From NCBI GenBank assembly GCA_951406725.2, contig OX597821.1:82832001-82896000 (forward strand): a DNA stretch of 64,000 nt. The letters are read 5' to 3'. The notes beneath the pieces are model-generated. The model was not told the DNA's origin. It saw only the letters and a list, made by a program, of their open reading frames with translations, and ran no database searches. The position numbers were made by a program, and so were the translations under genes. Origin of the DNA: Octopus vulgaris. Taxonomy: Eukaryota. This document shows positions 1 to 13,403 of this stretch, one piece after another. The first letter of the stretch is position 1; each line of letters begins with the position of its first letter.

Positions 1-1857
1 AGGCATTTTGGCTGATATCTTTAGCATGCGGTGTGACCATGTTGAAGCTCTTTTAAAGGCTTATCAGTAGATTTCTAGTATAAAGAAGTGAAAAAGTAGA
101 TGCTATTAAAAAAGACAGATATCAAGGAAACAGACAGGTGTGTTCGAGACAGCAGAAGTAAATTCAAGTGCAGAGTACACCTGATTTCAATTCAACTAAA
201 TGAAATGGAGTTGGGTACTCATCAATTTAACAGTCAAATGGCCTGGAATTAATCCAATGAACTGAGCAAAAATGTTGATGTTAATGTGGCCTACAAAAAG
301 ATTAACATAATTAGATCCCATCCGAGTTTCTAAATCTCTTCTATCAATCTGCTGCTAAAACTCACCAGAGAAGGAAATACAGTTTAAACTGTGAAGTTTA
401 GCCAGCCAGAGAAGTGAGGTGATGGCTTGAGTATAGGACGATAGTCAAGGAAATATTTTTTGGGTTGGAAAACTCATTGTAAAGGCTAACAGAATATAAA
501 GGTATAACCCTTTCCTATTCAAATTACTTTGTCAAATGTAATGTGTATTTATTCACATTGTTTTGAATTAATCATAAATTATCTTTTAGCTTCAAGATTT
601 TGATGATGTTATTGTTTATTTTTAGAATGACATTGTAGAGTAGGTGAAAGAGGCCAGATCTGGCCAGTTTGAACATAAAGCAGACGATATTTTGGCTGAA
701 AATGGCTGGTTTAAGTATTAAAAGGTTAAAAGTCACGGAAAATGAAGTTTCGAGGGTCTAAGAGGAGAAGAAAAAAAAGGAACCAGAAAAAGGGTTAAAA
801 TGTTTTTGATATGGAATGGGCTGACATAAGTTTCCAGGAACTGCAGACATCCATAATGCTTTCTTTTGTCAATCTACAGAAGTTTCTGCTGAATATCAAC
901 CACAAACAGGGTCCCACAGCTGTTATGAGAACTGTCCTGCCTCCCTTTCTTGGAATTAAATTTTGCCTTTATTAAAGACTTTGCTTACAAAAGAAACCAA
1001 AGCCACATAATGACAAAAAACAAAGGAGCCTGCAGACTGTTGTTTGACCTGCTAGAAATAGCAACCAATTTTCCTCAAAACAGATTGTAAAATCTATAAA
1101 AAAAGAAAGAGAAACTGGATGTCATTCCATATATACAAAAATATGGGATTGTCAAGGCTGGAATGCCTTAACCCCTTTGTTGCCGTATTTCTATTGAAAA
1201 ACAGTCACTTTGTTTTAACTGATTTTAAAAATAATGTGGAATTTATCAAAATAATTTTCTCATTATTAAGCTAGTATTTGGAACATAAATTAACATGAAA
1301 TTTTAGCTGAAGGTTTTAATTTAGATCACTCAAAAACAGGAAGTTTGTATCATAGAACGAGAGGTGGTCTCAAGTGGGTGGTATCAAAAGGATCAATCAG
1401 ACTGATTTGAAGATAAACAGGTTTGGCTGCCTGGTAAGAAGTTTGCTTCCCAACCACATGGTTCTGGGTTCAGTCCCACTGCATGGCACCTCGGGCAAGT
1501 GTCTTCTACTATAGCCTGGGGCCAACCAAAGGCTTGTGAATGGATTTGGTAGATGGAAACTGAAAGAAGCCCATCGTGTATGGGCTTACAAACACATTCC
1601 CAACTTTTAAGTCACTTCAAAAAAACCCTCAATTCAATAACACCATTTACAAACTCTATGCTTGGAATGACCAATTTTAAATACTATTGGAACTTACAAG
1701 GTACTGGAATCTTATATGTATACCATTCTGCCTAAATAATGGAACTGCCTGCAGATACAATATCCCTGCATATCTCACATCTATTTTCATTCCTCCACTT
1801 CACTCTCTATTTCGTATCTTATCTAGAATAACTATCACTTAACCATTCTCTCACACT

Positions 1858-1905
1858 GTCTCCGATGAAGAGATATATAAGATATCTTGGAAACAGCTGT
1901 AAGAC
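1858..1905 (+). ncRNA. Hammerhead-like motif of a different Penelope-type family
   Basis: GTCT CCGATGA AGAGATAT-loop-ATATCTT G GAA ACAGCTGT A AGAC: stem I GTCT/AGAC, palindromic stem III, GUA site. The core has C in place of U4. Confidence 0.55.
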
Positions 1906-2400
1906 TTATTTATAAATGTTTTGAAATCTTTCACAGCCTTGGATTTTTATCTCATTCAGATAATTTTTTTATATATACACACGCTGATATATGACCTGCA
2001 TTGGACTCCTCATTCGCATAATCACTGAACCTGGAGCTTAACTATAGTCTGTCCATAGCACTTACTCAGCATTACCTGACACCTTTGGGTCTTATTGACA
2101 CTATTACCTCTCATAACCTCAATATATATATATATATGTATATATCTACGTGTGTTTTTGTGTCTGTATTGTCACCCCAATACCATTGACAACTAGTGTT
2201 GGTGTGTTTACATCCCCGTAACCTAGTGGTTCAGCAAAAGAGATTGATAGGATAAGTACCATATTTTAAAAAAAAATAAGTTGTGGGTTCAATTTCTTTG
2301 CCTAAAACCCTTCAAGGCAGTGTTCCAGCATGGCCACAGTCAACTGCCCGAAACAAGTAAAAAGAATAAAAGAATAACAAAACATAAAATAGCTACGAAC

Positions 2401-2619
2401 TTTTCTCTGTTGTTTTTGTCGCTCCTCTTCTCCATATTTTTCCAGAAGAGTTTCCAGGGCTTTAATATCAGATTCAAGTTCCTCTCGTTCATCTTCCACT
2501 TTTCTCCGCAGTTTCTCTTTAATTGACTTTTCAAATATGCCTCTTGTCTCTTGCTGTAAACGCCTTTTTTCTTCAAGATCTCTTTTCTCTTTCACTTCAT
2601 CTAAAATGGCTTGTTCTTT
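2401..2619 (-). CDS. CFAP53: CFAP53 coding exon 5 (gene continues left of the window)
   Basis: Acceptor ttacattcag, then KEQAILDEVKEKRDLEEKRRLQQETRGIFEKSIKEK...QKQQRK (compare human KAKQETRTILQKALQE), donor GTTCGT. 219 nt, phase 0 to 0. Confidence 0.88.
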
Positions 2620-4193
2620 CTGAATGTAACAAAGAAAAAAAATGTCTCAAGTAACAGTCTGCACACAGGAAGAAGAAGACAAAAAAAAGATGATGATGAT
2701 GATCATCATCATCATCGTTTAACGTCCGATGTCCTTGCTAGCATGGGTTGGACGATTTGACTGAGGTCTGGCAAACCATATGGCTACACCAGACTGCAAT
2801 TTGATCTGGCAGAGTTTGTACAGATAGATGCCCTTCCTCATGCCAACCACTCCAAGAGTGTAGTGGGTGCTTTTACGAGCCACTGGCATGAGGACCATGC
2901 TCAAATGGTGCTTTTTATGTGCCACCTGCAAAGGAGCCAGTCCAGTGGCACTGGCAACAACCTCACTCGAATGTTTTTTTCACATGCCACCAGTACAAGT
3001 GCCAGTAAGGCGACACAGGTAACGATCATACTCAAATGGTACTTTTTACATGCCATCGGCATGGAGTCCAGTTTGTTGCTCTGGCAACGATCACATTCAT
3101 ATGGTACTCTTAGCGCTCCACTAGCACGGATGCCAGTCATCAAATTTGATTTCAATTTCGATAATAATGATAATAATAATAATAATTGTCATCATCATCA
3201 CCATCGTCATTTTCGTTGTCATCATTGCTGCCACTACCGCCCATTTATTGTCTGTGTTGGACAGTTCAACAGGAGTTAGCAAGCCAGAGAAGACTGCACC
3301 AAGCTCCAATGTCTGTTTTGGCATGATTTTGTAACAAGAGGTAAATTGAGAGTTGGGCTTTACCAGTTTAGGAAGTATATTTGGATGTGTGCACGTAAGA
3401 CAGTTTGAAATGTATAAATGCATGTTTTACAAAAAGGCAATGATAAATATCAGAAAGCAATGTTTTTGGTTAACAAACATAATTTACTCCTTGCTCACAC
3501 ATGAAGTAGCTGGCATAACAGAGATATAAGCATACAAGACAACAGGGTGTAGGAGACCTGAGTTAATTCCTTAATACACATCAAGGTAGTTAACTCTGGT
3601 ACTTGGCTGCAAATCTAAAATATCCAATGAGTTTTGAAGTGGTACTGAGATGAGGTAGAAATCCCATAGTGTGTTGAGCTAGACAAGCCACAAGTTTGTC
3701 AATAGTTTAGTGTCTACATCTGAATGGGATAAAGCAAAAAGTGACAAAAGGGAACCAGGTGTTAACATTCCAATATTTAGACAGCAACTGAATAAACGCT
3801 CTTGAAAAGTGCACATTGTTACTCTGGGTGGAAGTTGTCATATGTATTCCTCCACCGCTAGCTTTTAAAGAGCGGAGGCATGCAGCACCAGTGTGCTGCT
3901 ACCCTGGGGCAAAGTAATTTGATTGTTCTGCTTTGCTACAATTTCTACAGCTTGATGCCCTTTCTAATGTCAACCACTTTACTGAATATACTGGGTGCTG
4001 TTTACATGGCAACGACATCAGGGAGATGATTAAGTAATTTACAAGACAAGACCCCCACCTTCAACCGAGAGTGGGAGTGCAGCATAGAAGGGGGTGGTTT
4101 TGTTCTAGGTGATAAGAGGTTAAAAAGTATGTTAGAGGGATAGAAACAATTGTCTTGCTGTAGAGAAGATATGTGGATACCCCAACTGGAAAA

Positions 4194-4610
4194 GGTGGTG
4201 AGCTGGCAGAAACGTTAGCACACCGGGCAAAATGCTTAGCGGTATTTTGTTTGCCGTTACGTTCTGAGTTCAAATTCTGCCGAGGTCGACTTTGCCTATC
4301 ATCCTTTCGGGGTCGATAAATTAAGTACCAGTTACGCACTGGGGTCGATGTAATCGACTTAATACCTATGTCTGTCCTTGTTTGTCCCCTCTGTGTTTAG
4401 CCCCTTGTGGGTAATAAAGAAATAGGTATTTTGTCTGCCGTTACGTTCTGAGTTCAAATTCTGCCGAGGTCAACTATGCCTTTCATCCTTTCGGAGTCGA
4501 TAAATTAAGTACCAGTTATGCACTGGGGTTGATATAATCGACTTAATCCCTTTGTCTGTCCTTGTTTGTCCCCTCTCTGTTTGGCCCCTTGTGGGCAATA
4601 AAGAAATAAG
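4194..4610 (+). mobile_element. MetaSINE-like element with duplicated 3' half
   Basis: tRNA-like head, then the GAGGTCGACTTTGCCT.TCATCCTTTCGGGGTCGATAAATTAAGTACCAG (Meta-like) block twice. Confidence 0.75.
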
Positions 4611-5533
4611 TGAGAGAAAGAGAGAGAGGAGAGGAGTCCAGTTTGTAAAAGTAAGACATCTGTAGAAATAACAAAAATACTAGAAGCAACAAAACAAAAT
4701 AAATGTTTCATACAAACACAATTCTACTTCAGCAAAATTCAATACTGCAAATATCAAAGGAACATGGAGGTGTAGGAGGGGTGCAGTAGAAATTCTTGAA
4801 AAATTGTGCAAAACCTGATGATAAGACAATGATGATGATGATGATGATATGCTTGTCAGTTGTTTGACCTTAATCAGTTAAGCATGTCCCCTCGTGGATG
4901 ACGAGATGTGCATTTCTGATCACAAGCAGGTGTGGTGGGGGAATGTCATAGCCATGTTTTGAGTCGGATGTTTTGGATTTGAATAATTTACCAACGGAAA
5001 AATGGTCGTTTCATTTATCATCCTTAAACAACCGTTATTCAGGGACCGTTTAAACAGGATGGGCTACATGAGCTTAGGAATATTCTAACTGGTCCCCACC
5101 TGCAAGGTCACGTGCTGTTTGTCTTGATACAAAGTCACCATATCATGCATATATGGTTGTGATGTAAGTGCCTGTATACCCTTATCAGACAGGTAGTCAT
5201 GGTGGGTACACTGAGCTTTGTATATTTGTATCCTAGTGCCACTCTGACAGCAGGCACAGCTCTCTCACTCAATAGTAATAATAATCCTTTCTACTACAAG
5301 TACAAGGTCTGAAATTTTGGAGGCGGGGGCTAGTTGATTGCATCAACCCCAGAATTCAACAGGTACTTATTTTATTGATCCTCAGCAGAATTTGAACTCA
5401 GAAAGTGAAGACAAACAACAAAGATGCCACCAAGCACTTTGTCCAGTGTGCTAATGACTCTACCAGCTGTTTAACCCAGGTTAACCCTATCGAAATCTTG
5501 AAGATAGTTATATAAATAGGGATAACAAACATA

Positions 5534-5939
5534 GGCGCAGGAGTGGCTGTGTGGTAAGTAGCTTGCTAACCAACCACATGGTTGCGGGTTCAGTCCCACT
5601 GCATGGCATCTTGGGCAAGTGTCTTCTGCTATAGCCCCGGGCTGACCAATGCCTTGTGAGTGGATTTGGTAGACGGAAACTGAAAGAAGCCTGTCGTATA
5701 TATGTATATATATATATATATATATATGTATTTGTGTGTCTGTGTTTGTCCTCCTAGCATTGCTTGACAACCGATGCTGGTGTGTTTACGTCCCTGTCAC
5801 TTAGCGGTTCGGCAAAAGAGACCGATAGAATAAGTACTGGGCTTACAAAGAATAAGTCCCGGGGTCGATTTGCTCGACTAAAGGTGATGTTCCAGCATGG
5901 CCGCAGTCAAATGACTGAAACAAGTAAAAGAGAGAGAGT
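5534..5939 (+). mobile_element. tRNA-derived CORE-type SINE, full-length copy
   Basis: A/B boxes (TGGCTGTGTGG, GGTTCAGTCC), CORE-like CTTGGGCAAGT, internal (TA/TG)n and tail CAGCATGGCCGCAGTCAAATGACTGAAACAAGTAAAAGAG. Confidence 0.85.
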
Positions 5940-7185
5940 AAACATATGGAGCATCCAGTTAACCTTTATTGCAGTAAATAAACAAAATACAACTGTCCTC
6001 AAATGATGACAGTGGGTTAATATGGGTTAATGAAAATAATAATAATGGTTTGAAATATTAGCACAAGGCCAGCAATTTGGGGTAAGTGGGTAAGTTGATT
6101 ACATCAACCCTAACACTCAACTGGGGCTTATTTCATCAGCCACGTAAGGATGAAAGGCAAAGTTAATCTCAACAGAATTTAAACTCAGAAAGTAAAGACA
6201 GAAAAAATATGCTGCTAAGCACTTTATCTGTTATGCTAAAGATTCAGGCAGCTCACCGCTTTAATAATAATAATAATAACCCTTTCTACTATAGGCACAA
6301 GGCCTGAAATTTGTGGGGAGGAGACTACTCGATTGCATTGACAACCCTCACTCCCCAGTGTTGCACTGATACTTAATCTATTGACTCCTAAAGAATGAAA
6401 AGCTAAGTCAACTTTGGCAGAATTTGAACTCAGAACATAACGGCAGATGAAATACCACTAAGCATTCCACCCGGCGTGCTAACGATTCTGCTTGACAGCT
6501 TTTTAATAATCCTTTCTACTATAGGCACAAGGCCTGAAATTTGGTGGAAGGAGAGTAGTCGATTACATCAACCCAAGTGCTCAACTGATCCTTAATTTAT
6601 CAACCCTGAAAGGATGAAAGGCAAAGTCAACTTCGATGGAATTTGAACTCGGAACGTAGCAGCAGACAGAACACCACTAAGCATTTCACCTGGTGTGCTA
6701 ACGATTCTGCCAGCTTGCTACCTTCACCTTTTTAATAATAATAATGATGATGGTTTCAAATTTTGGCAGAAAACCCAACAATTTCAGGGGAAATTGGTGC
6801 AACTGGTCTTTTTTTTATTGATTCTGAAAGATAGGCATAAAAATGAAAACAGGCCATATCCAGAAAACAGCAATGAAGGGCATTGCAAAGAATCTCTGCA
6901 AAGTCCTTGAGACTTTTAAAGAACATATCTTGATGGAAGTAATGGTTGAGCTTGTTGAAAGCTTTAGACTGATTTGGATTGATCACCTGCACACACAGAT
7001 ACAGGTATATATGCATAGGCACATAGACATATACATAGAAAACAGGTATATAGACACAAACACACACACAACTAGATATACACAAACACACAAATAGATA
7101 ACTTCACATACAAAAATATAGACACACTGACACACACACTTTTATTTTCAACTTTGTATAGCAAAAAATAAAGAAGCATTTTTAC

Positions 7186-7489
7186 GAGCAGTTTAAGTTC
7201 TTCTTCTTTTAACTTTTCTTCTCTGCGCTTGTTCTCTTCCAATTCAGCCATTTGTTCTCGAAGAACATTAGCAACTTCCTTGTTCCTCGCCTTCCTCTCC
7301 TTGTTTTCTTTCTCTTCTTTCTCAAGCATTTTCTGATATTCCTTCTTGTTCATTTCTCTAAAAATGCCATCAACCATTTGTTTCTCCTTGCAAATTAATT
7401 CTAACTTGTTAGAATTCCTTCTGTGTTCTTCTGCGATCTCTTGTACAAGTCGTTTGGAGGTAGCAGTTCGCAGTGGGTCACATTCCAAA
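7186..7489 (-). CDS. CFAP53: CFAP53 coding exon 4
   Basis: Polypyrimidine tract plus tag acceptor, then LECDPLRTATSKRLVQEIAEE...KLKEEELKLL coiled coil, donor GTAAAA. 304 nt, phase 2 to 0. Confidence 0.9.
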
Positions 7490-7741
7490 CTAGTCAAAGA
7501 AAAAAGAGGAAAGGTAAAGAGAAAAATAAAACAAAACATTCTGAAGGATCTTGTTAAAACAGCAGACAGTTTTCCAGCAGTGGAACTCGGTGTTTCAAAT
7601 TTACAGACCAATTACCAGGAACTGGACATGCTCTGTGTGCAATATGGATGCAATGTTATAGCAGTAGGCAGTATGTGCAATGTGTAATAATAATATGCAT
7701 GTCAAATTACATTCAATACAATAGGATTTGTGGATATATCT

Positions 7742-8158
7742 TATTTCTTTATTACCCACAAGGGGCTAAACACTGAGGGGACAAACAAGGACAGACAAAT
7801 GGATTAAGTCGATTATATTGACCCCAGTGCATAACTGGTACATAATTTATCGACCCTGAAAGGATGAAAGGTAAAATCGACCTTGGCGGAATTTGAACTC
7901 AGAACATAATGGCAGACAAAATACCTATTTCTTTACTACCCACAAGGGGCTAAACACAGAGGGGACAAATGAGGACAGACAAACAGATTAAGTCGATTAT
8001 TTCGACCCCAGTGCATAACTGGTACATAATTTATCGACCCTGAAAGGATGAAAGGTAAAATCGACCTCAGCGGAATTTGAACTCAGAACGTAGCGGCAGA
8101 TGAAATACAGCTAAGCATTTCGTCCAGCGTGCTAACATTTCTGCCAGCTTGCCACCTT
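7742..8158 (-). mobile_element. MetaSINE-like element with duplicated 3' half
   Basis: Reverse complement of 4194-4610. Shorter copies at about 6045-6725(-), 20085-20235(+), 48505-48690(-) and 51115-51205(-). Confidence 0.75.
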
Positions 8159-8882
8159 TATATCTTTCATCAGAAGGTATCAGCATCATCATTGTTGTAA
8201 TGTCCACATTTCTATGCTTTCATGAGTAAGAAAGAACTTGTTGAGATGAATTTTCTACAGTTGGATGCCCTTGTTGTCACCAACCCTTACCTGTTTCCAA
8301 GTAAGGTGATATTTCCCCATGATCAGACATATCTTCAAAGAAGATTAGAACACAAAGGAGACCACTTGCATTGACAGTGACACTCATGTACAGCTATCAA
8401 ACGATGTTAAGCTAAGAAAACAGTTGCACACATTATATATATGAGAGGTTTCTTTCTCCAAATCCAATCAGAAGGCTTAGGTTAGGTCAGAACTACAGAA
8501 GATACTTGCCTAAGGTGTCACAAAGTGGGACTGAACAAGAAACCATGCAGTTCCAAAGCAAACCGTTGACCACACAGTCACACCTGTGCCTAGACACGTT
8601 AATAAGTGCAACCACGTCAACGGTCACAGTTCTTACACAGGTGTCAGGTCCAATAACATCAATACTCTTTGCTGCTGGCCCCTGATGACTCTCAACCACC
8701 TGGTAAATTATTTAGCTTTGCAGAAGCAGTCATCAGCCACAATGGTATGGACGGTTTCTGCATTGGTTGCATTGCAAGTATTACACTGAACTGAAGCCTT
8801 TAAACAACTCCCACCACTGCTCACATAGTTGTAGCATTCACCATCACAAGTTGGTTTGTAGGCCAGTTGAGCAGTGGCATTG

Positions 8883-9280
8883 GGAGTGGCTGTGTGGTAA
8901 GTAGCTTGCTTACCAACCACATGGTTCTGGGTTCATTTCCATTGCGTGGCACCTTGGGTAAGTGCCTTCTACTATAGCCTAGTGCCGATCAAAGCCTTGT
9001 GAGTGGATTTGGTAGACGGAAGCTGAAAGAAGCCCGTCGTATATACGTATATATATGTATGTGTGTGTATATATGTTCGTGTGTCTGTGTTTGCTCCCCC
9101 AACATTGCTTGACAACCGATGGTGGTGTGTTTACGCCCCCATAACTTAGCAGTTTGGCAAAAGAGACCGATAGAATAAGTACTAGGCTTACAAAGAATAA
9201 GTCCTGGGGTCGATCTGCTCGACTAAGGGCAGTGCTCCAGCATAGCCACAGTCAAATGACTGAAACAAGTAAAAGAGAGT
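8883..9280 (+). mobile_element. CORE-type SINE copy
   Basis: Colinear with 5534-5939. Confidence 0.85.
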
Positions 9281-10295
9281 AAACTTAAGTAAATATTTGA
9301 TTTAATGCCGTTACCGAACTCTAAAGTGCCTTTAGCAGATACCACTTTGTTGCAAGCGTTTGAACAAAAATCTTCAGTCTTAAGATATCTTGATAACATG
9401 ATACACTGCTCCTTACTTGAGTAATGCATAAATCATACTTTCCAACTCACTTTCTTTCCACCATTCTCAGACATTCAGCAAAAGGTCATGGCCACTGTAT
9501 ATCTTCTTCTGATTAAGCCATGAAATAAAAATATAATTCTAACAATAACAAAATCTGCCTGCATTCCTCAATCAACAATTTTACAAGGTGTACTATAATT
9601 ATCATAGCTTTTTTATTAGTTATTGATTCTGTGAAACTGATGAGTTTGAGGAAATGAGTTATGGTTTGGCAAATTTAAAGAGAACCCTCTTTTAAAATAT
9701 CAAAATTCATTTCTCACATCAAACAGAGCAATATTTCTTATTTTATCATTCATACTAATCTGGGGCTTGGGATAAAACTTATCAGTATGGTTACACTTTT
9801 ATCAACTGAAATCTCATAATAAAAACAATGCACCAACAAGGAAGCTATGTGGTTGCTCAACTTGATAGAAATTGTAACCAAATCTCTTTCAAATTACATC
9901 TGAAATAAAGAAAGAATGCATTAGATAATGAAGTCCTCATTACACTTAATGAAAGATAGCAAGATCACAGCCTCAATGCCTTTGCTTGATTAAGATTGAC
10001 CTTAGATTATATAACAACATCACAATCCTGTTAATAACAGGGCTTCAGTCAGCATTTCTATTTTAATATTAATTTAGTACATGCATTTTCAGGTGGGTTA
10101 CTAACAGGTGAGTAGTTGTAGAGCTGTCTAAGACAGGTATCAAATGGGGTTAAATTAATGAAGCTACTCTGCAATAAGTTATTAAACTCTCTCCACTCCT
10201 TCACAACCAAGACTTGGTGTGGCAGGCTTACTAACCATGTGGTCTCTAAATTTACTTACCATAAGACAATATCTAATTAGACGAAAGAATCTTAC

Positions 10296-10469
10296 CGAAA
10301 CTTTTGATCCAGTTTTTCTTGGACTAATTTTTGTCTTTCTTCCTCTCTCTTTTCTCTTAATTGCTTTGCTCTTTGACGCATTGATTCCTTTTGCTGTTCT
10401 ATTGTAAAAGGAACTGATTCAATCTCATTAAGCAGTGCATTTTCTTCATCTGATAATAACTTTTTCAAC
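10296..10469 (-). CDS. CFAP53: CFAP53 coding exon 3
   Basis: Acceptor ctacag, then LKKLLSDEENALLNE...EERQKLVQEKLDQKFR (compare human LRELLALEENEY...ERQDFVAEKLDQQFR), donor GTAAGA. 174 nt, phase 2 to 2. Confidence 0.92.
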
Positions 10470-11160
10470 CTGTAGTAGGAATTGTGCAAAATAGCCATAA
10501 AGAATGAGAGAATGAAAAAAAAGGAGAGAATAACTGAATAATTGAATAAAGGATTGTATAACAGGATGAATGACAGAATAAACAACAGAATGAATGACTG
10601 ACTAAATACATGAAAGGGAGTTGACTAAATAACAGATTGAGTGACTAACCAAACAACTAAAAGAACAAAGGATTTGAAGTGTGAATGATTTAATGACTAA
10701 ATGACAGAATGAATGAAGGAAGGAAGGGTTAATGGGTAGAGAGGTAGATGGCTATGTTGCTAAAAAATTCGTTTCACAACTTCATAGTTTCAGGTTCAGT
10801 CTTCTACCATAGCCTTGGGTCAATCGAAAGCTTATGTGTGAAATTTTGGTAGATAGAATCTGTGAGGAATCCTACCAGAGGGACTGATCTCATGGCAAAC
10901 TTAATCTGCCACCCAGTTAAACTCAACTATTTGGCCCTTCGGTTTCTTTGATAGAATCCACTCTGTTGCAAGCATTGAAGCCAGGTTTCTTGTCTGCCCC
11001 AAATAGGGTCATATGTATTGTTCTTCCTCATCTGACTAAACAATTCAAAAAGGTTACTTATAAATATTTTATGCTGAATGTGTTCAAGTCAGAAACAGAA
11101 AGACCAGGCAGTTATACAACAGGGAACAGGAAATTATAAATAACATTAACTCGTTATTAC

Positions 11161-11393
11161 CTCAGTTGCCTTTCTTCTAGTTGCTTCTCTTCTTCTTCAA
11201 ATTTACAACGCACTTTTCTTTTCACAGCAGAATCTACCATTTTCTTTTCTGTTATTTCTTCCCAGGAAATGTGGTTTGTAGCTAATGTCTGTATAAATGT
11301 GTCTTCTTTTTTGCCTTCAGCATACTGTCGGTATCTTAGTACAGATTCTTGATACATGGTGTAGCCAGGTTTAGTGCATGTTTTTCTTGCAAT
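11161..11393 (-). CDS. CFAP53: CFAP53 coding exon 2
   Basis: Acceptor cacacag, then IARKTCTKPGYTMYQES...WEEITEKKMVDSAVKRKVR...LEERQLR, donor GTAATA. 233 nt, phase 0 to 2. Confidence 0.88.
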
Positions 11394-11954
11394 CTGTGTG
11401 GAACAAACAATATAAGAGAGAACTTATTCTCTTTTCATAAGTGAAGTTTTTATTGCTGCAGAATCTACAACAGAAGTGAAGTGTTTATTGTGCAAATCTA
11501 CAATGGATCAAATCCATTGACCTAGTTCCAGTTATCCCTCATATCATAAAGTTTCTTAGTACAAAGTGAGAGTTACTTCTCCCCTTTAAAAGCTTACTGC
11601 TTTTGTAAAACAGAAAAAGAAAAGAGAGAAAACAAAAATGAAAAAAAAGGGAAACAAATCATTTCAAACACACAAAGTAAGTCCTATATTTCTGCTTTAA
11701 GACTTTGGTAAACTGAATCCAACAACTACACGGTGATAACTCCCAGTTGGAACTTTTTTTCCATTTACTTAGGCTCACAAAAATGCACAAATATCAAAAC
11801 TTTTTTATGGCTGTGTGATAAGAATCTTGCTTCAGGTTCACCCCCACTGGATGGCATTTTGAGTATCTTCTACTACAGCCCCAAGCTGACCAAAAACCTT
11901 TGAGTGGATTTGGTAGACAAGAATTTGAGAGAAGCTATTGTATGTATATGTAAT

Positions 11955-13226
11955 CACCTTCATTCAACTAGTAATAACATCATTGAATAACAAAATTGTT
12001 TTATATAAATAAAAATAAAAATAAAACCAAAAATAAATGTATTTAAGAAAAGTCATTCAACTATTGGTGACATCAGTGAATGATGAAATCAAGATTAAAA
12101 ATTAAAAAAACATATGAATTCTACATTATGACAATTAGAAATCTACAAAGAAAAATAACCTAAAAAGATAATAACCTAACAAAAAAGCATATATTAATTA
12201 TAAAAAGAATAGATCAACAAATATTATATAGTATAATGCTCTATTCTCATATTCAATAGCTTATAATATCCCTCGTAAATTCTTTGCAGCACTAGATAGG
12301 TATTTCCCACCTTCAAGTAAATATGGGAAATTATTTAATAGACATAGTATAAAGTTTTTGTATTCAACCACTAGAAATTTAGCTGAGATTATTGCAGCAC
12401 ACAATTAACAGAGAATTAGGGAATATATAAATTCTAAATCTATAGATAAAAGTAGAACAGATAATGTGTATAGTGAAATTAACATTAATGATACTATTTC
12501 TGAACAAGGTCTCGATTCTATAACTGATCACAACTTTGATAATACAGTTAGGCTTTCACCTTACATTAATATTAATTGTAATAATAATAATAATTCCACC
12601 TTAACACCTAATTTGCAGAGAAGTACTAGTGAAAATTCTTTTAACTATGAGTACCATATACAAGTGAATAAATTCATGTGTAATTGTCTAAACAAAATTC
12701 TATGCCCTTTAGAAAATCAGTGTTTAAGCAAAAATATAGTATATCAGTGTAAAGTAATAACAGGAGATTGTAAGAATTATTATATTGGTTCATCTACTAC
12801 AATTTGAAAATCTAGATTTTATAATCATTCTAACTCTAATAATTTTTCAACTAATATATAAGGTTAATTGTTATAAAAGGTTTAATATAATGAGTAAATA
12901 GAAAATTAATTATTGTGACATAAAGTATCTAAGTTTCTATTAAGCATAACATAGAATTCTTATCTTTAGTTGCCATTCTTTAGTTATCCAATAATTGTAT
13001 AGGAAAACACTCTTTTTTAGGTGATTTTTCTATGTAGTTTTCTAAGTGTCATAATGTAGAATTCTTATGGTTGTTTCATGTTTTTTATTTTGATTTCACC
13101 ATTCACTGACGTCACCAATAATTGAAGGACTTTTCTTAAATACGTTTATTTTTGGTTTTATTTTTATATTTATTTTTGTAAAACAATATTGTTACTCAAT
13201 GATGTTACTTCTAGTAGAATGAAGGA
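11955..13226 (+). mobile_element. Decayed Penelope-like element (GIY-YIG remnant) bounded by about 215-bp inverted repeats
   Basis: CNCLNKILCPLENQCLSKNIVYQCKV...YYIGSST motif. 11955-12170 is the reverse complement of 13010-13226. Confidence 0.8.
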
Positions 13227-13403
13227 AGGTCTTAGATTGAATTCTATTTTGGCATTTCTTTTTGTTAACGTTTATTAACTGCTAAATTTTTTCATATGTT
13301 CAGTTGGAATTTCACCAGTTTGAATAACCTTAATAATGTTGTATTAGCATATATTTTTGAGGATATTATTATTAATTTTGATGATATTGTATATATATAT
13401 ATA

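Noticed and set aside
4000-4013. X-box-like GTTTACATGGCAAC
   Set aside because: Lies inside a decayed RTE-derived repeat deep in an intron, far from any promoter.
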